A DNA stretch of 64,000 bases from NCBI RefSeq assembly GCF_009914755.1, contig NC_060945.1. One strand, written 5' to 3'. This stretch comes from the human T2T-CHM13v2.0 reference genome, Homo sapiens. Numbering within the stretch: the stretch's first letter is position 1; each line of letters starts with the position of its first letter. Under the pieces are notes generated by a model, which had not been told where the DNA came from, made no database searches, and saw nothing but the letters and a program-made list of their open reading frames with translations. Positions 13,674-27,615 of this stretch are shown here, piece by piece. A program made the translations under genes and the position numbers.

Positions 13674-14917
13674 ACAAAAAAACCCCACAAAAATGGTATG
13701 ATTCTAATGCTTTAATGTATTTAATTTAACTTGAGCTTCTAACTTATCCATTAAAATGACAAGTTTAAATGGATCATTCTTAAATTCCTTTCTAAGGGCA
13801 ATAACAGTTAATTAGATGTAAGTTTTCTTACCAGTGTGTTTTGAAAATGTACCCAGTTTAGAAGATAAAGAAAGAAACTTGGGATATTAAAGAGGAAGGT
13901 TAAAAATGCGCAGGGTACCGAAGCTGGTGGTGTTTAAGGAAAGCACGAAGGTAGAAAATAGAACAGTCCTGATCTCCAGGTATTCTTCAGGAAAAAAAAA
14001 AATTAAAAGCTATATTGACTCTAGATAATTAACACATTTTGTATATCTTACCTCAATAATTTAGGTTTACATTGAAGGTATCTTTTTTATGGCAAATGTT
14101 CCTATTTTTTGAGACAAGAAATAAAGTGCATATATGAAAAAAAATTCATAACGAATTCAAAAATTCATGTTTTGAGAGGCAGTTTTCAAGTTTAAATTAT
14201 AATGGAACTACTTTCATATATATCTTAGAAGTAAAATTATGCATATCATATTTCCACATTTGATTAAGGTTTTCTGTGAAGTAGACAGCTTTTAGACTAT
14301 TTACTAATTTAGCAGTAGCATTTTATTGATTAATAAACATTTTTAGTTGATCAGCAGGATGTAGAACTTAACTTATTGTAAAGTATTTTATTTAGATAGA
14401 ATACTTTTTTTTACATTGGATTAACACAAATTGGGTAAAAATTGCTTTCCCTGTTAATTTAAATTAGCTCTAAAATGCTAATCCAGTCGTTTAATTATTC
14501 GACTCCTAGCCAAATTGTTTTTGTGTTTTTAAAGTTTTCAGTGTGTGACATGAAAGCAAAACAGAAGAAAACAAAGCCCAAACCACAAGCCTGTTAAAAG
14601 TTATTTCAGATGACTCAAGAAGCCAGGGATTAGAGAATTCTATGTACAAGTCCTATTCACTATGCTCTGTTTCTATCTTGAAAAGATGTGAAAACCCTAA
14701 GACAACATTTAGAATAGTAGTTGCTTAAGACTGAAATTAATTTCAGTTGCCTATACTCAAAATATACTATTAGAATGCCAAATTTTTGTGTATTAAACTT
14801 TTTTCTTTTTTAAAAACATAGCCATGTTTATTACCTAAGCAACATCTACTGCTTTCGGATTCCATGAGTGATGGATAATAGATATGTTAACAGAGGATTA
14901 TTTTGATTGATAGACAG

Positions 14918-15130
14918 ATTCATTCATTAATTTATAAACACTTTACACGTGTATTTACTGAACATATGTTATGTTCTAAATACTTATCTAGGAGCTAAAC
15001 ATACAATGGTGACAAAATTGGTGAAGATTTTCAAGTGGCTTCCATTGCAGCAGAGGTGGCCACACGTTAAAAGATAAGCAAATTATCATGAAGGCAATGA
15101 CAGATAAAGTGATAGGAAGTGTTGATGGTA
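14918..15130 (-). mobile_element. L2 fragment
   Basis: TTCATTCATT...TATTTACTGAACATATGTTATGTTC...CTAGGAGCT antisense L2 tail. Confidence 0.55.
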
Positions 15131-15523
15131 AAGAGGCAGGAAAGCATAACAGCAGGTGGGGTGGGAAATGTAGCTGGGGTCAGATCAGGGCCTCTGGGCC
15201 AGGGGAACATGCATTCATGTTGAATGTATTAACCTTGGTGAGATTCTGAAGCCTAAACATAAACTACCACGTATTATGATTGATTTCTCTGAAGTCACCC
15301 CATTGCATGTGGTGTCAGCCCCACAGAAAGATTATTTTGATTGCAAGGGTAAATGGGGACTAGAAATTAAAAGGAAAGATATCAAAGAAGAAGACATTCT
15401 ACCAACCTTCACCAGAATATGTACTTTACCTTTATTGTCTCTGTAGGGTTCAAGTAAACAATTTGATTTTTCAATTACGTTTGGTGAGAGTTTAGTGATT
15501 TTTTTTTTCCGGTCATGTCACTG

Positions 15524-15637
15524 GTTTTGTAGCATGTGGCTATTTATTGATTAAATCAATAAGTCAATCAACAGATAGCCAGTTTCAGTTAGTTAATTTG
15601 TTGATTTAATCAATAAATAGCCACATGTTACAGAAAC
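15524..15637. repeat. Long inverted repeat (MITE-like palindrome)
   Basis: 15533-15559 is the exact reverse complement of 15601-15627 (27 bp); pairing extends imperfectly outward and inward. Confidence 0.92.
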
Positions 15638-16899
15638 TGCAACTGGCCTGTAAAGCTCTCTTGATAAACACTTAATGGTCCTCATACTGCCTTAAAGGGA
15701 CCACTGGAATGGGATTTAGTTTGTGTTCACTCTGTCAGGTCAGTTGACTCTTTTCCCTTTTAGGGAGGAATGGCTTTGAATTGGCCTTTTTGGGCTTTAA
15801 AAGGAAAGGCATCAAGGGAGTCTCCTGAGTCTGCGGAGACAGAGTTGGTGAGTAAGTAGATGGTAATATATACTATAGGCACCTTCTGAGAGGGCTCTTG
15901 GTGATTCTGCTACTGGGAGTCAGGCGTCCATACCCTTGAGTATGGACTAGACTCAGACTCATTTACAATGAACAGGAAATAGTAAAGGTGATGAGATGTT
16001 GCTTCTGAGGTTAGGTTAGGGCAATCATTACTCATATCTTGTAAATTCATTTATCAAATGTTTTCATAGCTCATATCTAGGTAAATCAGTTCAGCAGGAG
16101 GGTGGGCATTCTTCAGGGTGTAGGAAAGCTCTATTTCTTTGCTTTGCTGAGCACAGAAATGGCTTGGCCACACCTATCTTTCCTGTCAACATACATTCAA
16201 CCATGTGCTATGCACACGTACACACATGTGCATGCACACACACATACATGCCTACACTACTTTCAGAGGTAAAACTAGAAAATTCTCAGAACATACAAAG
16301 AATCTTCTGGCCAACACTACACATTCTAGGAGGTAGTAGGTAGTAGAAAAATACCACCTCCATTTATATAAGGCAGCATCAGAGGTGTGATTTGTGAGGC
16401 CATCAGAGACAACTAGAAAGTGATCTGTAAGCAAGAAAATAGCAACTCATGACTGTTGTTTCTAATAGCACTAGAAGAGCAAGTATTGGAATTGTCCCTA
16501 ATGACATGGATATTTCAAGATAAATATTTGAAAGCAATACTATGACGACCCTTTGGCCACCAAACAGTTTTACTCAACTCTCATCTTCTTACATTGGAGG
16601 AAAACAATCATACCTTAAAAGAGCTGTTTACCTTAGCTCTTCTGTGATTCACAGCAACCCAATTTGAAATTATATAGGGGAAGCTAAATAAATTAACTTC
16701 TGGCTTCTGTCTATATTTTATCTAAAAGTGGTCCATATTTTTTGGCTTCCTAATTCTAAAGGCATAACATTCATCAGTATTATATTTGAATATGAATTTT
16801 CTCAATGAATAATTCAAAGATAAAAAATTTACAGGTGAAACCTTAATCTAGGTTTTTTTTTATTTGTCATTCAAAGGAAATTTAATTCTCTCAGTAAGA

Positions 16900-19000
<2,101 letters not shown>

Positions 19001-19877
19001 TTTCCTCCAGCCATGCACATTTGTACAGATAGGAGCAAAGAAAACAGATAATGAGAATTTCCCAGGGCTGGAATTGGGGAAAAGAAGGGTGGACCCTGCA
19101 GGAGGCATTACAGATACATTGCAAGAGGGTTCTTAAACTGTTTGAATAAGAAGTTGCAAACTGGGTTGAAAGAAAAGTGAAATCAAATTGGCACCAGGGA
19201 CGACTACAGCATGGAGAGATCAAAGGCACAAGGATCACAGCAAAAACACAAATCAGGTTCTGCATGGGTTATGAAAGAGCAGGTGGTATTCAGGTTGAAG
19301 CAGTGGCCAGAATCTGAGGACGTGAAGAGAAGCGGTTTCTGGAGACAGCTAGGGTGTGGACATGTTAGTAAAGGCTTGAGTTGGAGCGGGGATGGAGGCC
19401 ACTGGAGTTCAATAATTTTAAAAAGTGTGAGGCCACGGTGTGAGAGTGATGACAAGAAAGGGAGAGAAGGGTATTGTAAACGAGGTGACTAAGCCAGTAA
19501 GGAAATTTTCCTGAGAGTTCTCTACGTAAGAAAGAGAGAGTGAGAGAGAGAGACAGAGAGAAAGAGGAGATTAGCTATTTAATTATTTCCATTGACATGG
19601 GGATTGTTTTCTGGGGAATTATTAGCCATATACATTGTCAGTTTTGGTTGCTATGCTAGGCCAAAGTTGAGTCCATGGGTTTTACATCAATTTAGTCATA
19701 ATCAAAGTGCCTTATGGAAATGTAGGATCATAACTTGAAGCACACAATAACCACCAGAGCCAATCTAGACTGAGTCTTGTGTTTACCTTTTGGGGCCTCA
19801 ATTTTAGATAGACTTTACACATTGAAACAGATCCAGTAAAGAGCAAACAGTGTAGCAGAGAGAACTCAAAGCCATTA

Positions 19878-20470
19878 TGATACTAGTAGGCTGGAGGAGG
19901 TCCCCAAATGCCAGCTGGACCTCAATCTCAGCTGGTATCCAGGTTCTTGACCCTGTCACGGGAAATAATGCAAGGACAAGTTGGAAAATAGTGAAAGAAC
20001 GGAGATTTAATATTACAAAGTGAAAAGTATACACTCAAGGAAACGGAGTGCAGGTGTACTCCAGAGTGTCACACCAGAGGCTTTGAGGTTTCTACCTTTA
20101 TGGGTTTCTTTAACCAAGGGGTGGAATATTCACGATGGCCCCTGGACAAAGGTTAAGATTTCTTGGAACTGTGGTGCCACCCGTTTTTACACTAAATATG
20201 GTTGTTCTCAGAACTATCATGACGCTGGTGGGTGTATGACTTAGTATGTTAATGAGTGTATAATGAGGTCCTAGGTGAGACTTAGGTCAAATCCAGTGCA
20301 TGTTGGGTCCAGTTGGCCTTAGCCAGATTGGTTCATCCTCTGTTTTGTTCAGGGTCTTGTCAGCCCCTAGCTTATGCAACTATTTCAATAGTTTCCTTTT
20401 GCTAGTCGTGTGAAATTGCTGCCTGGAATTTTCTATTCTCCTGCAACCACCCTGTCTTCTTCCTGTCTCA
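19878..20470 (-). mobile_element. ERV1 solo LTR, MER41E-like
   Basis: TG...CA termini, 4-bp TSD ATTA (19874-19877 and 20471-20474); minus strand begins TGAGACAGGA...GGTTGCAGGAGAATAGAAAATTCCAGGCAGC; subfamily from memory. Confidence 0.8.
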
Positions 20471-20579
20471 ATTATCATATTGGGGATGTAATTTTTGAGC
20501 AATGAAAAGATTCAAGGGTGATACATTTCTCAAGTTCAATCTTTCCAGTAAAAATATAAATTTGACTTAGCAATTGTGA

Positions 20580-20700
20580 CTCTGGAGGCTGGAACTAGGA
20601 CCAATGGATGGAAATTATTGAGAGGCAAATTTTGACTTAATTCGAGGAAAAAAAAATTGTTTCTTCTTAAAGCAACGAGTCCCATGCCATGAAAAGTGTT
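20580..20700 (+). mobile_element. L3/CR1 fragment
   Basis: GAACTAGGACCAATGGATGGAAATTA..GAGAGGCAAATTT resembles the L3 3' region. Confidence 0.55.
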
Positions 20701-20734
20701 CATAATAGACTAGTGAGACAATTCTTGCATACAC

Positions 20735-20870
20735 TGAAGTCCACATGGACACAATTGGCATTGTTTTGGAACTTGTTATGAATGCAGAATCTCAACTGCC
20801 ATGCCGAACCTACATTTTAACAACATCCTCAGTCCTGAAGATGCCATCTATGGTAAAGCATTGATCTAGA
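20735..20870. mobile_element. MER5A-like hAT fossil
   Basis: GGAACTTGTTATGAATGCAGAATCTC...CATTTTAACAA. Confidence 0.6.
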
Positions 20871-22745
20871 AGACTTTCCTCCATTGGGTACACAGTTGGG
20901 CTACACAGCCTATAGTCTCTTCCTGTTCTGTGATTTCTGTCATGTATTCTGATTTTAAAAGCAATTCTGTCCTTCCTTAGTTTGTCTCTGTCTTTTAAAA
21001 TTTCAAACACTAAGTGAAAAAGCCTAGTGAACTTTTAATCTTCATGTTAAGTTTAATTTTATGAGATTATTTTCGTATGACATCACTACTTAAATCATCT
21101 ACATAGTAAAAACTTCAAAGTGCAACTTTTTGAAAATAGCTTTGTGATTCATGAATGGTATAATTGAAATATTGTTTTAACAGTACTTCAAAACCAACAA
21201 AAACAATACTATCTGCAAAATGTATGTAACACTCTCCCTGTACCACAGCCCTTTCTTATAATTCACTGTTGACTCATGGAGAATCACTGTAGATTTTGTT
21301 TTTCTTCACTAATAATTTACTGTAGCTGGCTTGTGAAAACCGCATAGGGAAGAAGAATTGTTGCTTTCTTGCTATGTCTTGCTTTTACTTTAGTACCTCC
21401 ATTTAAAAGCAAGTTAACTGTCTCCTATTTTAATTACTCAGCTTTCTCTAAGGTCTTGGAATTTTTCTTCTGAGACAACTCAAGCCTTGTTTTACTTTTA
21501 AATGCCTGCTGAAAGTAACAGTGATTTGTTTATCAACAGAGTAAAGAATTGATAAGCTATGGTAGTAATTATTTTTATTTTTTTGTTTAGAAAGCACATT
21601 CCTTGAGTTTTCCTCCAAATGGAAAGAATTTTTAATTGGCATAAATATGATACAGCTCCCTTGTAACTGAGAAACATCATAGAAATGAATAGGGCTTTGA
21701 GTAAAACAATGTTTCTCATGACCTGATATTGTTTTGTTTGTGTGTGCAACAACTGGGCTTTATAAAAAATTCTACTGTCAGCAGTGGTACATCACAGTTT
21801 ACAATCTCTCCCTTCCAAAGGGAGTACTATCACTACTTAGAAAAGTAGCTGATTTATGGCAAGAGGCAACAAATAAGAAATCATGGTTTTTATAGTGAAA
21901 GAAAGATAGAGTTTAGTGTAAAGTTTCTCTTATTTGAATTGGAGAAAGATTTGCTATTTGTGATGAACAATATACTTGGCAATATAACTGAAGACTTGCT
22001 AAGTCAAATAGTCTATTGTCTCATGACAACTACATTGTGGACAAAAAAAACATGTAAAACATGTTTCTCCTTGCTTTGCAAATTCTTTAATAACACTTTT
22101 ACATGTGAGGCCCAAATATGAGAGTGATATCAAACAGTTTACATTTGTGTTCAAGTGATAACCTCAAATCCTACTAATTAGTATATTTTTTTAATTTACC
22201 ACTTATCCACTGTGTTCCTTTCCTTTCTGTTCCTACTGACATATCTTTAAAGTATCTATTTATTTAAATAAGCTTAGTCCTCTATTTGAAAACTATGAAA
22301 AAAAATCAACATAAACTTTTCAGCAGCATGGAAGACTATTTTTTAATTTTTGAAAACAAAAACATGTTTTAAAATCTTGCTGCTCAAATGGTATTCCTTT
22401 GGGGTCCTGGAAGTTTAAGGTATTTTCTCATTTGTTTACAAATTACAAATTTACAAATTTTCTCTTAAGTGAAACAACTTCTTGCAATCTTTTCTTATGC
22501 AATTCTTGGGATTTGCAACATGACCCTTTTCTTTAGCCAATCCACTTTTTCAGACTTGTCTCCTTCCCTCCCTCTCCCTTGAGTCACTAGTCCTGGAGCT
22601 TCTTGAGGTTGCTGAATCACCACTTATCTGCAGGCCTACTTGACCTCAGCATCCTTATTGACAGTATTCCTCTGCTTGAGGATCCTTTCTTTTCCATGTC
22701 ATGTACCCATGCATATTCATCTTTCAATATCTGCATCTAATAGGT

Positions 22746-23208
22746 TTTATTAGGTTATTTTCACACTGCTATAAAGAACTACTTGAGACTGGGTAGTTTA
22801 TGAAAAAAAATGATTTAATTGACTCACACTTCCACAGGCTGTACAGGAAGCATGGCTGGGAGGTCTCAGGAAACTTATAATCATGGCAGAAGGCAAAGGG
22901 GAAGCAAGTATTTCTTACCATGGCAGAGCAGGAGAGAGCAAGCTAATGGGAAGTGCACACTTTCAGACACACTTTCAAACAACCAGATCTCATGAGAACT
23001 CCCTCATTGTAAGGAATACAGTTGGTGCAGTGGGAGTCACCCTTGAATTACTGTAACCAGAAACATCAGTATCACTCACTGTCACAAAAACAGCAAGGGG
23101 GAAGTCCACCCCCATGTTCCAATCACCTCCCATCAGGTCCCATCTCCAACATTGGGAATTACAATTTGTCATGAGATTTGGGTGGAGACATAGAGCCAAA
23201 CCATATCA
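22746..23208 (-). mobile_element. MSTA-like MaLR solo LTR carrying a ~66-70 bp foreign insert
   Basis: Ends CCAAACCATATCA; GCTGTACAGGAAGCATGGCTGGGAGG motif; near-TSD TAGGT/TATGT. Confidence 0.88.
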
Positions 23209-24114
23209 TATGTGTTATCTCCATAACTATTTCGATGGTAATTCAGCTAGAAATTCTCTTCTTCTGCTCTTAGAGCTTATGATTCTTTCTTTCACTAGTA
23301 AGCCCTCAAAACATGGAGATTTGGCTGATACTCTCCACTGCTGTGTATAAGTTCACTCACTGACTCATCCATGGCTTTATTATGTATTCATTATTGTATC
23401 CATTATTGTATTGAATAAGTGTTAAGAACTTTTGGAAGTCACTTTTTAGAAGGGAAAAAAGGCTATGGCACAATCAGTCCTTGTAAAAAGTGCAATGAAT
23501 GTTATGGTAGAAGAGATATGTGTGATCTTGCCTGGTGGCTCCAGCAGATGAAACAAATGACATAGAAATATATTAACCTGCCATTAATGGGACATGTCAC
23601 ATCATTTTTTGAAAGCTTATAAAATAATGCAAACTTAGTGTATGAGGTTGGCCTGTTAGTATTTTTTATCTATTAGTAGGAGTGTTTTCGTTTGTTAGAG
23701 AGAGAAGTAAGAAGACATACACCACATCACAATGCAACTTGAGAAAAGGGAATGCAAATGAAAGCCAGGCGTTATCATTTGTGCTTTTCTATTTTGATCT
23801 GATTCCCTCTGAGTTTTAGAAGCACCAAGGATGTGGCCGTTTTCGAAGTAAAAAAGAGGTTTTGATTTGGTTTATTGATTCCAGGAAATGACAGGACAGC
23901 AGGTATACCTCAATCCATGACACAATTGACCTTAGCCAAGGTCTAACATAGACATATCCCTCTGTCATACCAAGACTTATCAATGATTGTCCTAAAAATA
24001 GTTAAAATTTGAAGATGTGTGTTGTGTTAATATCCATTTCAGCTCATCAATGTCTGCCACAATACTTTAATGCTTTTCTGATTTTTCAACTAGTGGGAGT
24101 ATAATCACGAAAAG

Positions 24115-24320
24115 TTACCATTTATTGAGATCTATGTGTCTCACATCTTTCTTTGCACTCTAAATTTCAGATTAATTCTGAAAACTAGGCATTGTTTTCC
24201 CCATTCTGTAGCTAAATAAGTCAAAACTTAGAAATACTATATAACTTGCCCAGGACTACATGGTGAGAAAGCCACAGACATAGACTGGGAACTCAGAAAT
24301 GTCAAATTTCCAAGACATAA
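24115..24320 (-). mobile_element. MIR
   Basis: CCATTTATTGAG...CCCATTCTGTAG...TAACTTGCCCAGGACTACA...GACTGGGAACTCAG. Confidence 0.6.
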
Positions 24321-26419
24321 ACTTGGCAGTCTCCTTTATGCCACAGTGATTCTCATAGAAAAACATATCACTTAATACACATGAGATGTAGAAACTAATC
24401 CCATAGGAGCATTGGATCTCTTTGTGCCTGGTGGTAGAGTTTAAGTACAGTTAACAAGTATAATGTGAAATTAGCATTTATGGAGTTTCACAAGTTTGAA
24501 AAAGAACCCTTTGTAAGTTTTCCTGAAATTTCTTACTCAACAAAATAATTGTTGTTGATGTTTTTTCTTAATCAAGCTCTTAATATCTGTCTGTAAAACA
24601 AGACATTCCTAATGGCCTGTTATACAGTTTTATAGAATGTGGCTAGGACTTAGTATGATCTTGTATTTCTTTAGCTCCAGTATAGCCATGTTCTTTATCA
24701 CAAGCTCAAACCAGATTTGTTAAATTTTGCCTGTTGAGTAATTGGATTCCCAGTAACATTGGGTGGAGTTCATATTATGACCATAATAATGACTTGTAAT
24801 AATTTGAGCAGATGTTCTTCATATTAATTTATGGTGCATAGGTCCAATTTATTTATTTTGTTTCTAAGTGAAGGGTTCTTACTGGTTTCATATCTGCCAA
24901 AATGTGAATTCTGCCCTTAAAATAAAAAGGAACTGAATTGGTTGTCATCCCCATCGTCGTAAGGCATGCAGTTGGCGCAGTGGGTGTCACCTTTGAATTA
25001 TTGTAACCAGAAATATCAGAGGATGATAAGAATAAAACAAGTGAAAATAGGCAACAGATTGTTAAGCCAAGCAGACAAGGTAAGAGTTATGGAACCCACA
25101 GTAACCAAAGAAATCTGGGAATAAGATCAATTAATCAGTGAAAGTCATCTTTAGCCAGAGAGGCCCATGAGTTGGACCTAAATCAGAAACAGGGCTAAGG
25201 TCCAGCTGGGGATTTTAATGAAATTTCTACTAAGAATGTAAGTCTCATGGTAAGATCAAAGATGATACTAGGTAGGGGAAGGGGTTTACTATTCGTGGAA
25301 GATCATAAAAAAAGAGAAACCATATGCCAACTTTCCAGGTCCCAAACCTGGATCTTTCTTTTCAGCTCAGAGAGAATGACCTAGACATACAGATAGCAAA
25401 ATGCCAAGTTTTTAATTTACAAGGAATATTTGACTTACACGCAGACTATATCAGCATGGCCAGAACTTTCTCTTCCTGCAGTAAAATGTAAATGAAAAGC
25501 CAAGTTGTAACAATTGAGTTGATTAAGTACAATAGCAAATAAGACATAGAAGGGCTTGACCTCATTTGTTGTAGTAGAATGAAACTGACAATAGATCAGT
25601 ATATCATCATATAGACAAGATGATATTAGATTGTGATGGGGGCTATAAGAAATAAATTGGGATAATGTGAAAGAAAGTTTACTGGGAAAGAGGATTTGCT
25701 ATTTTATTTTATTTTTCCTAGAGCAGGCTTCTCTGAAGACATGTCATTTTACCCAAGACCTGAAAGATGAGGATGGTCAAGCCCTATCACAAAACAAGTG
25801 AAGATGTCCAGGCAAGGTAAAAAGCAAGTCTTATCAACAGATGCTGGGGTTTATACTGTAACTTTCAGAGCTTTGAGGGAAACTTTCTGGCACTTCATAA
25901 GTGGAAAACAACTAAATCTCTTCCTCTTTCACACCCACCATCAACATCACCACCATCACCACCCCCACTTCACCCCCAATATCAACAATATCAATAAAGT
26001 ATCAAATTTTAATTTGTACCAAAGAGAATTTACTGCCTAGAGGCTTCCCCACACGGGTGTAGCAGGAGGTTTAAAGCTACCTGTTGTGCTCCACAGTTTC
26101 TAAAACACAGGATGTAAATATTCTCTAGAAGAGTTTGGTCTAAATAAGTTCTATTTAGATTAATGTTTAAGTTATTAATATTTGTTAAAGTTTAGGTTAG
26201 TCTTATTTAGGTTAATGTTTAAGTTGACTTAAAAGTAAACTTTCAAATATAATTTTAAAATAAGTATATAAAGTACGTGTAATATATAGTCAAAAATTTT
26301 TGTGTAGATAGAACAAAGAAATGTTTAAGATTGTATTAGATGTTTTAAATAAAATGGTCTGCAAGATGAGGAATATGAAGAGTGCTGAAATGAAGAAAAA
26401 TAGCTAGGAGCTTTCATCA

Positions 26420-26501
26420 TGGATAACATTTTGTCATCTTCCTGCTGTGTGACAGAGTGTTTCATTTTCATTAGCATTTTAATAGGGGAAACAATTTGTT
26501 T
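26420..26501 (+). repeat. Dispersed direct duplication, copy 1 (copy 2 at 27535-27615)
   Basis: 82 vs 81 bp; one substitution and two small indels. Confidence 0.95.
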
Positions 26502-27534
26502 GTTCATAGGCTTTCAAAGTCTTGTATTTGGAGACTTTTTTTGGAGAAATGAATGATGAGATATTTTAAATACTATTATATATGAATAAATTATGAACAT
26601 TTAAAAACAAAGATGAAAAACTTGGAATTTGAAATTGATGTCTTTATGATCACCTAAAGAAAAATTTATGCCAGCAATAAGATACTTCTTTAGGATTTCA
26701 GAACAGTCTTTCCCTTTGGGATTTTTTTCTTCTTATTTTACTTCTCAAGAAAACATGCCTCTAAAATACCTCTAACTTTGCATTTAAACAATGATCGAAG
26801 CTTCTTATCTTGTCTGCATGCTTTTCGGTCAAAAATTGAACCTGATTTGTAATCTAACACATTATAAAAACCTCTGATTTATTAAATATGTATGAATAGC
26901 ACAAATTTCTAAAATACTGAATATATTCTAGGATGTTAATTGCCAACAATTTTAAAATTATATTAAAATGCAAAACAGCTTTTAGTAGAAACTTTTGGTG
27001 CTCTAAATATTTACTGAAGACATTTGCCATTGAATCATTAAAAAAAAGCATCTCATTGGTTTCTAGGTGAGTAGACTATATGATTGTTTAGAATTACAAA
27101 ATATAAGTTCTTGAAAATGTTAAACAGAGGCTAGAAATACCTGAAAATTAAAACTTTGGGGAAAAAATATTAACATTTTTGTTAAAACACAGAAGCTTTA
27201 AATATTATTTAAAGAATTTTTATTTTATATTTAAAAATCGTTTCCTGTTTAGTGGACTACTTATCATATTTTATAACATTTTACTCACGTAAATTAAATT
27301 ACTGGTGTGTTTTAGTAGAAATGACTTAGAATTTAAAGTCTGTATGTTTGGTTTATTCCAGCTGAATTAATTTCAGCTGAATTAATTTGTCTAACTGATG
27401 CAGATCTTGACATTCTTATGTAAAAATGAGGATGATGCATCAGAGGACTGCGATGCTCCCTTTGAGTTTGAAAGCCTAGGAATCTGAAACTGATGATGGT
27501 AAACAAAACTTCTGGAAAGTTGGTTGGATATGAT

Positions 27535-27615
27535 TGGATAACATTTTGTCATCTTTCTGCTGTGTGACAGTGTTTCATTTTCATTAGCATCTTTAATAGG
27601 GGAAACAATTTGTTT
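27535..27615 (+). repeat. Dispersed direct duplication, copy 2
   Basis: TGGATAACATTTTGTCATCTT...GGGGAAACAATTTGTTT repeated from 26420-26501. Confidence 0.95.

Noticed and set aside
25798-26040. ORF with a poly-histidine run
   Set aside because: Arises from a (CAC/CAT)n low-complexity tract; non-ATG start and no other coding evidence
26420-27615. Direct repeats as a CRISPR array or LTR pair
   Set aside because: Eukaryotic DNA, only two copies, no spacer periodicity, no TG...CA ends or TSD
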